Shown piece after piece: positions 28,996-38,484 of a DNA stretch of 64,000 nt (within the stretch, counting starts at the first letter, position 1; every line of letters begins with the position of its first letter). Source of the stretch: an uncultured Verrucomicrobiae bacterium (GTDB lineage Bacteria > Verrucomicrobiota > Verrucomicrobiia > Chthoniobacterales > JAFAMB01). The notes under the pieces are model-generated. The model was not told where the DNA came from. It saw nothing but the letters and a program-made list of their open reading frames with translations, and made no database searches. The position numbers were made by a program, and so were the translations under genes. Where the stretch lies: contig CAWIPH010000002.1 of assembly GCA_963837955.1 (NCBI GenBank), forward strand, positions 2,336,001-2,400,000, read 5' to 3'.

Positions 28996-30138
28996 ATGAA
29001 TGTTGACGGTCAACCCTATCGAACCATTTGGTTGGACCATGACGGCATGTCGGTCTGTGTTATCGACCAAACGCGCTTGCCCCATCGATTTGAGATCGTG
29101 CGTTGGCGTACCGCTCAAGATGTAGCAGACGGCATCCGGAACATGATCGTCCGGGGCGCGCCCCTGATCGGCGCCTCGGCGGCCTACGGAACGGCCCTAG
29201 CGATGCAAGAGGATTCCAGTGATGACGCTCTGCAACGTGCATACGACATGCTGTTTCGGACTCGACCCACTGCGATCAATCTACGTTGGGCGCTGGACTT
29301 GATGCGGCACACATTACTCTCGCGCAATTCGTCCGAACGGGTGAGTGCGGCTTTTTCGTTGGCGCAGCAAATTGCGGATGACGATGTGCAAAACTGCTCC
29401 GCTATTGGCGATTGTGGTCAAACACTCATAGAAAAGGCTTGGGGGGGTGCAGCGGAGTCTCGGCCAGTGAATATTCTGACTCATTGCAACGCGGGATGGC
29501 TGGCGACCGTTGATTGGGGCACCGCGCTCGCTCCGATTTACAAGGCTTTCAACGCAGGCATCCCGCTGCACGTTTGGGTAGATGAAACCCGCCCACGAAA
29601 TCAAGGTGCTTCGCTGACCGCCTGGGAACTGGGCCACCACGGCGTACCCCACACGGTGATCGCGGATAACGCTGGCGGCCACCTCATGCAGCATGGCCTT
29701 GTCGATCTCTGTATTGTTGGTAGTGACCGAACAACTGCCGCCGGCGACGTCGCCAACAAAATCGGTACTTATCTCAAAGCGTTGGCGGCGCACGATAACG
29801 GTGTGCCATTTTATGTCGCGCTACCCGTGTCGACGATCGATTGGACTATCGAAGACGGAAAACGCGACATCCCAATTGAGAAGCGTGCGCCGGAAGAGCT
29901 GACGCATGTCAGCGGCGAGAGTGAGAATGGCGATGTGCACACGGTCCGATTAACTCCCAAGGCCAGTCCGGCCGCGAACTACGCGTTTGACGTCACTCCA
30001 CGCCACCTGGTCTCAGCGCTCATCACCGAACACGGAGTATTTCGCCCTATATCCGAAGAGATGGCTGAGCTCCGAAAGAGGGCGGAGGAAGGCACAGCCG
30101 GGGGAGCAGGAATACAGAATCTGGAAGCAAGAATTTAG
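28996..30138 (+). CDS. mtnA: S-methyl-5-thioribose-1-phosphate isomerase
   Basis: [53 protein letters not shown]. Confidence 0.97.
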   Translation: MNVDGQPYRTIWLDHDGMSVCVIDQTRLPHRFEIVRWRTAQDVADGIRNMIVRGAPLIGASAAYGTALAMQEDSSDDALQRAYDMLFRTRPTAINLRWALDLMRHTLLSRNSSERVSAAFSLAQQIADDDVQNCSAIGDCGQTLIEKAWGGAAESRPVNILTHCNAGWLATVDWGTALAPIYKAFNAGIPLHVWVDETRPRNQGASLTAWELGHHGVPHTVIADNAGGHLMQHGLVDLCIVGSDRTTAAGDVANKIGTYLKALAAHDNGVPFYVALPVSTIDWTIEDGKRDIPIEKRAPEELTHVSGESENGDVHTVRLTPKASPAANYAFDVTPRHLVSALITEHGVFRPISEEMAELRKRAEEGTAGGAGIQNLEARI

Positions 30139-30278
30139 AATCTTAGACATCATTGCTCCAAGTTTGATGAGCGGGCGTTGGTGTTTGCGAACGGTTTAAG
30201 GTCGTCCACGCTAGCGCAGATTGAAGTAAGGGCCAGCTGGAGGGTAGTCCACGCGGCGTACGAACGTCGCCCGTACCT

Positions 30279-31223
30279 TCACCTCCAATCGTAAAACCAG
30301 GTTTCTAACGTTGGTTTATCGTTAAGAATCGCTTTCCCAGAAGCGTCTGCTGAATAGAAATAGCCGCTGAGCCGAGGGTAATTATCTCCGACCGCCCAGT
30401 GGTTCAGCATTGAGAAAACCATTTCCCTTCCGACCCGGTATTTCGCAACTAGAGAGAATCGATCATCAGCCGAAAGATTGAGGTCTAGCTCGCCGTGAGT
30501 CACTTGGCCATTCACAGTGCGTTTGATTGCGAGCTTCAAACCGTCCGATTTCGCAGTAACTGTTCCGGTGTAAATCTTGCCTGAGCCAAGCTCTTGTCCT
30601 ATCACTCTGAATCTTCCTTCGAATAAACCGAGCAAATCGCTCGCGGTACTACGTTTGCTGGAATCTTTCGGGGCTTGATTGGGAACGGAAGGGGGAGAAG
30701 GCACTGCTTGATCGTAATACCACACTTCCAATCCGAGCCGGCTTCGATGCGTCAAATCGCCATCTACCGGAGAGACCCAGCCGCTAGCTCGAGGTTGATT
30801 CTTGTCGCCACAGCTGAACTCATATCCTGCTCTGACCGTATTGAGCCCAACATGATATTCGACCTCAAGCACGGGCGCTTCGGGTTCGAACATGATTGTG
30901 CCCATTCCTGAAATCACTCCTCCCTGAATTATTTTTTGGACAAATAACCGGTCGCCCTGTCGGGTGATTGAGACCGAACCGCTGTAGGTCTTGCCTGAGT
31001 CGGGCTCTTGGCCGACAACCATGAACTTTCCGGGCAACCAGGCGAGCGATTTTTCTATCGTATCGGATTGAATCTTATGAGTCTCTGCTTGGGCCGCAGG
31101 GGATTGAGAGACTTCCGGATTCACTGGTGTCACCGAGCTACTTGCGGCGCCGCCAGCGGTCGAACATGCGAGCCACCCATAGATGAGGGCGAAAGAAAAG
31201 CTCATCCGCTTCGCGATACTCAT
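30279..31223 (-). CDS. Exported hypothetical protein with two tandem homologous beta-rich domains
   Basis: Signal-like N-terminus. Repeats GKFMVVGQEPDSGKTYSGSV / GRFRVIGQELGSGKIYTGTV and PRASGW..LEVWYYD / PRLSGY..LETWFYD. Confidence 0.8.
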   Translation of the reverse strand: MSIAKRMSFSFALIYGWLACSTAGGAASSSVTPVNPEVSQSPAAQAETHKIQSDTIEKSLAWLPGKFMVVGQEPDSGKTYSGSVSITRQGDRLFVQKIIQGGVISGMGTIMFEPEAPVLEVEYHVGLNTVRAGYEFSCGDKNQPRASGWVSPVDGDLTHRSRLGLEVWYYDQAVPSPPSVPNQAPKDSSKRSTASDLLGLFEGRFRVIGQELGSGKIYTGTVTAKSDGLKLAIKRTVNGQVTHGELDLNLSADDRFSLVAKYRVGREMVFSMLNHWAVGDNYPRLSGYFYSADASGKAILNDKPTLETWFYDWR

Positions 31224-31345
31224 ACGATTGCTACGCGCGCGGCCCCATCGGACGGACGTCGCCAACTCCCGGTTCTTATATCTCTCAATCTGATCGTCGG
31301 GGGTACGCTGTATGGGTTATGGAGTCTGGGAAACACCACGAGTTC

Positions 31346-32068
31346 TCATCGATTGGGGTTGACGTCTTGATTCGGCTGTGTCGAAGACCTGCGGTAATAC
31401 CAGCGATGCAGCGTATGAGGATCAACGCCGAGATAAAAGAGGCCAATGAAGGCGGTGTTGCGGAGCGTTCGCCACCAGGTTCCAAGGCGACCAAGGCGCC
31501 TGGGCGGTGACCAGAGCGGCGGATCTAACAGCGCGACGCGTCCCAAGCGCCGAAGTCTCCGAGAAAATTCCAGATCTTCCATTAAAGGGATGTCGGCGAA
31601 TCCGCCCAATTTCTGAAAAACAGATGCTCTTACGAAAATGGACTGGTCGCCAAAAAATGGACCGCCGAGCGAACTCAACCATCTGATGATCGGCTCGCGC
31701 CACAGCATTCGTTGAACACGAAAGCGGCGATGAAACGCACCCCCTAAGATCGCCTGGCTGGCTGCTACTTGAGCCAAGGCGTCCAGGTGCTCGGGGCGCA
31801 GTTCGGTGTCGCTATGATGAAAGCAGAGTAGGGTCCCACGAGCAGCCCTTGCCCCAGCATTCATCTGTCGGCCGCGGGACGGTCTATCACAGGAGATAAG
31901 GCGGATAACACCACGCTGCTCCAAATCGCAAAGCGATTGTCCGGGTCGAACTGCCACCACCACCCACTCGGCCAACTCTGCCGTGATTGGCAGGTTGTTT
32001 ACCAGATTGGCAGCCAGATCGTCGTCTTCCCAAACTGGAACGATCAAGCTGATCAATGGAGCTAGCAC
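31346..32068 (-). CDS. GT2 glycosyltransferase, TIGR04283-like (start uncertain)
   Basis: ISLIVPV, RGRQMNAGA, FHHSDT, FGDQSIFVR, GGF..IPLMEDLEF.RRL. Confidence 0.88.
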   Translation of the reverse strand: MLAPLISLIVPVWEDDDLAANLVNNLPITAELAEWVVVAVRPGQSLCDLEQRGVIRLISCDRPSRGRQMNAGARAARGTLLCFHHSDTELRPEHLDALAQVAASQAILGGAFHRRFRVQRMLWREPIIRWLSSLGGPFFGDQSIFVRASVFQKLGGFADIPLMEDLEFSRRLRRLGRVALLDPPLWSPPRRLGRLGTWWRTLRNTAFIGLFYLGVDPHTLHRWYYRRSSTQPNQDVNPNR

Positions 32069-32187
32069 TTGGCTTTTTCTTGCGTTGAGTCTCGGCAAAA
32101 CATCGCCGGCTGCGAATTTGGACGGAATCGAAGGGAATGCAAGCGAGCCCTCGTTCGAGTAAATCTGTTTGACAGTTATTAGTTGAA

Positions 32188-32916
32188 TTGGCGAGAGACG
32201 CATCACCGATTTTGAAGACAATTTGCATGATCCTGAAATCGCCGCGTGTCGGTGAAGTGAAAACCCGTCTGGCGAAGGATGTCGGCGCAGAAAGAGCGAC
32301 CATCATCTATCGTGCCTTGGTCGAGCACCAAGCCGCCCAAATCCCTTCGGACATGGAAATGGTTGTTTATTTCACTCCGGCTGACGCGAAGGAAGAAATG
32401 AAGAATTGGCTGAAGCCTCACCTGCGTGAGAACGCGCGCTTCCTGTCGCAAGTCAGTGGTGACCTTGGTGATCGGCTAGCCATGGTAGTCGACACGGAAT
32501 TTGCAAGAGGAAACGAACGGCTCTTCCTAATTGGCGGGGATTGTCCGGGCCTTTGCCTTGATTACTTCCGTGACGCTGATCTCGGATTGGATACTCACGA
32601 CGTTGTGATCGGTCCCGCTCAAGACGGGGGATATGTCTTGCTTGGACTCAAGAGCCCTCTCGACAAGCTCGAGGCAGGTCGTCTCGACAAGCCTCTCGAC
32701 GGGCTCGAGGCGGGTCCTTACGCTAATCTGTTTAAGAATATAGCTTGGAGTTCGGGCACCGTCCTTAGTCAGACGCTCGACGCCGCCCGGAAGGAAAATC
32801 TGAGCGTTCGGCTCCTTCATCCGCTAGTGGACATCGACGATATCGTGAGTTTGAACGATCAATCCGAACTAATCCAAAACCTCCTTGAAAAAGGAAAGAG
32901 AGCTCGAACTGGCTGA
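32188..32916 (+). CDS. TIGR04282/DUF2064 family transferase (CofC-like fold)
   Basis: K.P..G.VKTRL, Q..GDLG.R, IG.DCP, IGPA.DGGY.LLG, I.WS...V...T, L.DID. Confidence 0.9.
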   Translation: MARDASPILKTICMILKSPRVGEVKTRLAKDVGAERATIIYRALVEHQAAQIPSDMEMVVYFTPADAKEEMKNWLKPHLRENARFLSQVSGDLGDRLAMVVDTEFARGNERLFLIGGDCPGLCLDYFRDADLGLDTHDVVIGPAQDGGYVLLGLKSPLDKLEAGRLDKPLDGLEAGPYANLFKNIAWSSGTVLSQTLDAARKENLSVRLLHPLVDIDDIVSLNDQSELIQNLLEKGKRARTG

Positions 32917-33057
32917 GATAGGATTCTAGATTCATCGGCGGGCGCGCGTTTGCTTCGACACAAGGAAAATAGATATGCGCCCGGATGAGTCGTCCCGGCT
33001 CGTCCGCCATAGCTCGGAGACCGCCTTCGCTGCTCGAGCTACGGCGCGAAGGAGGAA

Positions 33058-33263
33058 GGGACCCAATGAAAGTAGCCCAGTACGAAGTGCTGGGTTGGCG
33101 TTCAGAAAAAGCGCCCCGTCCCGGATGGGACGATCGACGAATCCAAACGCTCGTCAAGTCGCATGCGCGTGACCAGGAACCGAACGCTTCTATCGTCCCT
33201 GGCGGGACGGACATTTCTTTGTGCAACATTTCCCAGCACTTCGTACTGGGCTTCATTGGTCCC
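33058..33263. repeat. MITE-like/palindromic element with long inverted repeats
   Basis: GCCCAGTACGAAGTGCTGGG (33075-33094) is the exact reverse complement of 33232-33251. Outer GGGACCCAATGAA/TTCATTGGTCCC. Inner CGTCCC..GGGACG hairpins. Confidence 0.85.
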
Positions 33264-33392
33264 GGGACCAGTCCTCTTCGCATATTTCTTCGCTCCTATG
33301 TCGCGTGCATGCGCGACCGCGGGGTGCCCGGAAACGGCCAACGGGTCATGATCTACTTTCTCCAGTCTTCAGTCTTCTGTATCCTGTAGAAC

Positions 33393-34569
33393 ATGCCCCA
33401 GGGCGCTACCTTTCATTGGGATGATCCGCTAAGACTCGATTTACAGCTGAGCGACATCGAGAAGGCGGTGCAACGTGAGGCCGCTGAATACGCCCAAAAA
33501 ATATCTGATGCCGCGGGTAATCGAAGCCACACGGACGCAGAATTTCGATCCAGCGATTGTCCGAGAAATGGGAGAAAAGGGATTACTCGGTATCAATTTG
33601 AATGGCTACGGTTTCCGCGGCCTGAACCATGTTTGCTACGGACTTGTTGCCCGCGAGCTTGAACGCGTTGATAGCGCGTATCGGACGGTCTTTAGTGTGC
33701 AATCGAGTCTGGTTACCGAAGCGATTTATCTGAGCGGCTCGCCGGCACAAAAGGATAAGTACCTTCCTAAGCTAGGCGCCGGCGAATTCATTGGCTGCTT
33801 TGCGTTGACGGAACCGGATCATGGTTCGGATCCGGGTTCGATGGTGACACGAGCAAAGAAAGTAGCGGGCGGGTATCAATTGAACGGACAAAAGAAGTGG
33901 ATCGGATTAGCGACCGCGGCAGACCTGTTGATTGTGTGGGCCAAAGATGGAGAGGGGATCGTGCGCGGATTCATTGTGGAGCGAGACGCGCGGGGCCTGC
34001 GTACTGCCAACATAGAGGGTAAATTTTCTTTGCGCGCCGCGCCCACCTGCGAAGTCTGGTTGGATAATGTCTTTGTCCCCGCGGAGAACATGTTGCCGGA
34101 AGCCAAAGGGCTGGTCGCACCTTTCCAGTCACTGAATAAGGCGCGGTTCAGTATCGCTTTTGGGACGATCGGCGCAGCCGAAGCATGTTGGAAGATTGCC
34201 AGAGATTACGTTGTGGAGCGGAAACAATTTGGTAGGCCACTCGCTGCCAATCAAATAATCCAAAAGAAACTGGCTGATATGCAAACCGAGATCGCGCTCA
34301 TGACCCAGGCTGCCTTGCGAGTAGCCAGGCTGCTAGACGAGGGCGAATGCACGCACGAAGCAATTAGTTTGGTAAAGCGCGCTTGCGCGAAGAAAGCGCT
34401 GGAGATTGCCATCACAGCGCGAGACATGCTCGGAGCAAACGGAATCCTGGATGAGTACCATGTTGTTCGCCATTTGATGAACCTGCTCGCGGTAAATACC
34501 TATGAAGGAACCGAGGATATTCACGCTTTGATTTTAGGACGAGCTCAGACTGGGATTTCGGCGTTTTGA
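33393..34569 (+). pseudogene. gcdH: Glutaryl-CoA dehydrogenase-like acyl-CoA dehydrogenase, split by a 1-nt frameshift in an A6 run (33496-33501)
   Basis: N-terminus F.WDDPL.LD.QL in one frame. The rest (YGL.ARE.ERVDS.YR, GCF.LTEPDHGSDPGSM, NTYEGT.DIHALILGRAQTG) is in the next frame. Removing one A restores AQKYLMPRV. Confidence 0.85.
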
Positions 34570-34574
34570 TGCGA

Positions 34575-35471
34575 CTACGTTTTCGCCAATAACGCGCGTC
34601 CCGCCCTTGAGCTATTTTCTCGACCGATCGCTTGAGAAATAAAATCGCCAGTCCGCACAATTTCGTCGAGATTGATTCCGGTTCCCAAGCCAAGTCCGTT
34701 CAGGAGATAGAGAAGATCTTCGGTTGCCAGATTTCCGGTAGCGCCTTTGGCGAAAGGACAGCCACCGAGTCCGGCGACTGAACTGTGGAAACTCGATAGT
34801 CCGACTTCCAAACTAGCCAGTACATTAGCCAGGGCTTGGCCGTAAGTATCATGGTAGTGCCCCGCCAGCCGCTCGAGCGGGAATTCCTGTGCGGACGCAC
34901 GAATCACCCCTTTGACTCGGTTAGCCGTACCGACCCCAATCGTATCGGCGATATCGATGCCGTCACAGCCGAGTTCACGCAGGCGACGGACCACGTCGAC
35001 GACTGAGGTGATGGACACCTCGCCCTGATAGGGGCAACCCAACGCGCAGGAGACGCTGCCACGCAGTCGGAGGCGATGCTCTTTGGCGGCCCGGGCAACG
35101 GGAGCGAACCGATCAAACGACTCGGCAATCGAACAATTGATATTCTTTTGCGAAAACGTTTCGCTGGCAGCGGTAAAGATCACCACTTCGGTCAGATTAA
35201 CCGCAAGTGCGCTTTCCAAACCTTGCGTGTTCGGAACAAGCGCCGAATAGACTACGTCCGGCTTGCGCTCAATTTGGCGCATGACTTCTGTCCCGTCGGC
35301 CAGTTGAGGGACCCACTTCGGAGATACAAACGATGTCACCTCAATGTTAGTGATGCCCGCAGAGACGAGTCGATTAATCAAGTCCACTTTGATCGGAGTC
35401 GGCACCAAAGCTTTTTCGTTCTGCAACCCGTCACGCGGTCCGACTTCGACGACTATCACTTTTTGCTGCAT
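34575..35471 (-). CDS. hmgL: Hydroxymethylglutaryl-CoA lyase
   Basis: EVGPRDGLQNE, SFVSPKWVPQLAD, HYHDTYGQA, GLGGCPFAKGATGN. Confidence 0.97.
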   Translation of the reverse strand: MQQKVIVVEVGPRDGLQNEKALVPTPIKVDLINRLVSAGITNIEVTSFVSPKWVPQLADGTEVMRQIERKPDVVYSALVPNTQGLESALAVNLTEVVIFTAASETFSQKNINCSIAESFDRFAPVARAAKEHRLRLRGSVSCALGCPYQGEVSITSVVDVVRRLRELGCDGIDIADTIGVGTANRVKGVIRASAQEFPLERLAGHYHDTYGQALANVLASLEVGLSSFHSSVAGLGGCPFAKGATGNLATEDLLYLLNGLGLGTGINLDEIVRTGDFISQAIGRENSSRAGRALLAKT

Positions 35472-35488
35472 GGGAGCGGATTCGAAGA

Positions 35489-37516
35489 TCAGGTATGACT
35501 CGGCGAGAATCGTAATAGCTGCGTGCCCTCGGCGACCTGGTCGCCAACATTGAACAGCACCTCATCGACGACACCGTCTCCGGCCGCCGCAATGGTATGC
35601 TCCATCTTCATCGCCTCCATCGTGATTAATGGTGCTCCTTTGGCTACAGTTTGACCGTTCTTCACGAACACAGCCACAATCCTTCCAGGCATGGGTGCGG
35701 TCAGATTCCCTTCATCATACTCGGCGGTTGAGATGCCAACTATTGAATCAATCCATTGAAGGGTCACCTGTTCACCTTCCGCGACGACATCGAAGACGTC
35801 ATTCTGTACATACACAGAGCCCGTGATTCTCTCGGTATTGACCAACAGAGTGAAATTGTTGTCTTGACGCTCGAGAATAGAAACGTTTGCTGAATCACCA
35901 TCGACTTCAAGCGAATAGCCTTTTCGCCTATAGATGAGCTTGGCCTCAATGCCCCGATGGATCGTCTTCCAGTGCAACGTGCGAACATACTCGGCATTTA
36001 GCCGCCAGCCGCTCGTACTCATCCATGGCGAATAGGGATCAGAAGTCTCAGCTTTCATATTCTCTTCCTCGCGCTTGAGCAGAGCAGCCGTAGCCAGCGC
36101 TACCGCGGTGATTCGAACGGTAGTATCTGGAGTCAGCAACGAACCTAAGTTGCGATCAACAATCCCGGTATCGAGATTTGCCGCGGTGTAGTCCGGAGAA
36201 CTTACCAGGCGCCACAGGAACGCTCGGTTGGTATGCAATCCTAACGCAATGAAATCGCCGAGTGCGTGTCGCATGCGAGCCAGCGCCTCTGTCCGATCAA
36301 ATCCCCAGACAATCAATTTGGCAATCATCGGATCGTAATAGGGAGTAATAGCGTCGCCTTGCCGAACACCTGAATCAACGCGTACTGGAGCAGGGTCAGG
36401 CCCAGGACCGACTTGGAATTCTGCTGCGTTCGGCAGTTTCAAAATCCGCAGAGTACCGATGGAAGGTAAAAATTGATTGTCTGGATTTTCTGCGTAGATC
36501 CGCGCTTCCATCGCATGCCCGTGGGCGGTCAGTTGATCTTGCAGTCGTGGAAGAGGTAAGCCAGCGGCGACACGCAATTGCCACTCGACCAGGTCTTGGC
36601 CGGTTATCATTTCGGTTACGGGATGTTCGACCTGGAGGCGCGTATTCATCTCCATGAAATAAAAATGTCTGTTTTGATCGACGAGGAATTCGACGGTACC
36701 GGCACCCACATAACCTACAGCCCGCGCCGCGGAGAGGGCGGTTTCTCCGATTGAGTGGCGTAATTCCTCCTTCAGGCCCGGTGCGGGTGCTTCTTCAATG
36801 ATTTTTTGGTGGCGGCGCTGGACCGAACAATCGCGTTCGAAGAGGTGAACGTAGTTGCCGTGCGCATCGGCGAACACCTGGACTTCGATATGACGGGGGT
36901 CGGGAAGATATTTTTCGACGAGGACAGAAGCATCACCGAAACTGTTTTTCGCTTCACGTTGGCAGGATACCAAAGCCTCAGCAAATTCCTCCGGTTTCTC
37001 CACCACGCGCATGCCTTTTCCGCCGCCACCGGCGCTGGCTTTGAGCAGCACCGGGTAGCCGATGGTTTTAGCTTCCTTCTGTAACTCGTCGGGCCTTTGA
37101 TTCTTGCCGTGATAACCCGGGACAACCGGGACGCCGGCTCCGGCGACCAGTTCCTTGGCAGCGCTTTTGTTGCCCATGGCACGAATTGCGGCGGGCGGGG
37201 GCCCGATGAACGCAAGTCCTGCTTCCGCGCAGGCTACGGCAAATGCTTCGTTTTCCGCCAGGAAGCCGTAGCCAGGATGAATAGCTTGGGCGCCCGTTGC
37301 CTTCGCTGCCCGAATGAGAGGCTCGATGCAGAGATAGCTTTCATTGGCCGGAGCTCTGCCAATGTGAACAGATTCATTGGCTACGGCCACATGCTTCGAG
37401 TTTCTATCAGCATCAGAATAGACAGCGACCGTTCGAATGCCGAGTCTCGAAGCCGTGGCTGCTATGCGGCAACTGATTTCGCCGCGGTTAGCAATCAAGA
37501 TTTTTTCGAACATCAT
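35489..37516 (-). CDS. liuD: 3-methylcrotonyl-CoA carboxylase alpha subunit (biotin carboxylase + BCCP)
   Basis: IANRGEI, HPGYGFL.EN, GGGGKGMR, RDCSVQRRHQK, EMNTRLQVEH, EAMKME. Operon context. Confidence 0.93.
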   Translation of the reverse strand: MMFEKILIANRGEISCRIAATASRLGIRTVAVYSDADRNSKHVAVANESVHIGRAPANESYLCIEPLIRAAKATGAQAIHPGYGFLAENEAFAVACAEAGLAFIGPPPAAIRAMGNKSAAKELVAGAGVPVVPGYHGKNQRPDELQKEAKTIGYPVLLKASAGGGGKGMRVVEKPEEFAEALVSCQREAKNSFGDASVLVEKYLPDPRHIEVQVFADAHGNYVHLFERDCSVQRRHQKIIEEAPAPGLKEELRHSIGETALSAARAVGYVGAGTVEFLVDQNRHFYFMEMNTRLQVEHPVTEMITGQDLVEWQLRVAAGLPLPRLQDQLTAHGHAMEARIYAENPDNQFLPSIGTLRILKLPNAAEFQVGPGPDPAPVRVDSGVRQGDAITPYYDPMIAKLIVWGFDRTEALARMRHALGDFIALGLHTNRAFLWRLVSSPDYTAANLDTGIVDRNLGSLLTPDTTVRITAVALATAALLKREEENMKAETSDPYSPWMSTSGWRLNAEYVRTLHWKTIHRGIEAKLIYRRKGYSLEVDGDSANVSILERQDNNFTLLVNTERITGSVYVQNDVFDVVAEGEQVTLQWIDSIVGISTAEYDEGNLTAPMPGRIVAVFVKNGQTVAKGAPLITMEAMKMEHTIAAAGDGVVDEVLFNVGDQVAEGTQLLRFSPSHT

Positions 37517-37522
37517 CTTTTT

Positions 37523-38350
37523 CTAACTCGGACGAGACGGCCCTTCGCTCTTCGAGCCCGGCGCGTTCGGCCGCCAACCCGGCTGCCGCTTTTCCAAAAA
37601 GGCGCGCACACCCTCACGCGCTTCGTCTGAAGCGCGGACCTGCGCGATGCGTTCTGCCGTATCGGTCAGAATTTCGTCAGACAGCAGTCGACCGTCGATG
37701 TCGAGAATCAATCGTTTGCTCTGGATAACGGCATTTGGACCATTTAGCGCAATGGCTGTCGTGATCGATTGAACGGTTGCATCCAACAGATCTGGGGTTA
37801 CCACTTCGTGCACGAGCCCTATGCGATGCGCTTCGGCGGCACTGAATCGCTCGGCTGTGACAAAATAGCGGCGGGCGGATCTGGCTCCAATGGCGCGAAT
37901 CACATATGGGCTGATCGTCGCTGGTATCAGGCCGAGTTTCACCTCGGAAAGGCTGAAACTTGCGCTATTCACTGCAACGACAATATCGGCCGCGGAAATC
38001 AATCCAACGCCGCCGCCGAAAGCATCACCCTGTACCTTTGCGACAACCGGCTTGGGGCAACTGTAAATAGTGCGCAACATAGCAGCGAGTCGATAAGCGT
38101 CGTCGAAATTGGCTTGGTGAGACAGCTCAGCCATACGCTTCATCCAAGCGAGATCAGCGCCGGCGCTAAAGCACTTTCCTCGAGCTGCGAGCACGATTAC
38201 CCGCAGCTCGCTGCGGGTTCCAAGTGTCTGGACGCACTCCCCAAGCTCCTGGATCGCAACTTCATTAAACGCGTTGAAGACATCCGGGCGATTCAGTGTA
38301 ACTGTCGCTACCGGACCGGTGCTTGTCAGCTCAAGCGTTTGGTAATTCAT
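37523..38350 (-). CDS. liuC: Methylglutaconyl-CoA hydratase (crotonase family)
   Basis: LNRPDV.NAF, FSAGADL.WM, GGG.GL, SEVKLGLIPATISPYV. Operon context. Confidence 0.9.
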   Translation of the reverse strand: MNYQTLELTSTGPVATVTLNRPDVFNAFNEVAIQELGECVQTLGTRSELRVIVLAARGKCFSAGADLAWMKRMAELSHQANFDDAYRLAAMLRTIYSCPKPVVAKVQGDAFGGGVGLISAADIVVAVNSASFSLSEVKLGLIPATISPYVIRAIGARSARRYFVTAERFSAAEAHRIGLVHEVVTPDLLDATVQSITTAIALNGPNAVIQSKRLILDIDGRLLSDEILTDTAERIAQVRASDEAREGVRAFLEKRQPGWRPNAPGSKSEGPSRPS

Positions 38351-38357
38351 ACGCAAT

Positions 38358-38482
38358 ACTTAGGATTTAGTAGCTAGTAACAAGGAGTCAGGAGTTAGTA
38401 GCTAGGGTGCCGTTTGACTTGGATCCCGTTCGAAAAGCACATCTCCTAGATACTAAATACTAGCTCCTAAATATTAAATCCT
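38358..38482. repeat. Inverted arrangement of degenerate heptamer repeats within the liu operon
   Basis: TAGGATT/TAGTAGC/CAGGAGT-type heptamers at 38360-38407, with complementary CTAGATA/CTAAATA/CTAGCTC runs at 38446-38482. Confidence 0.65.
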
Positions 38483-38484
38483 CG

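Noticed and set aside
32765..33424. ORFs 32765..33283, 32985..33389 and neighbours
   Set aside because: They span the inverted-repeat element and show no protein motifs.
33491..33505. Programmed -1 ribosomal frameshift
   Set aside because: Restoring the frame needs +1, and no in-frame X XXY YYZ site or obvious stimulator is visible.
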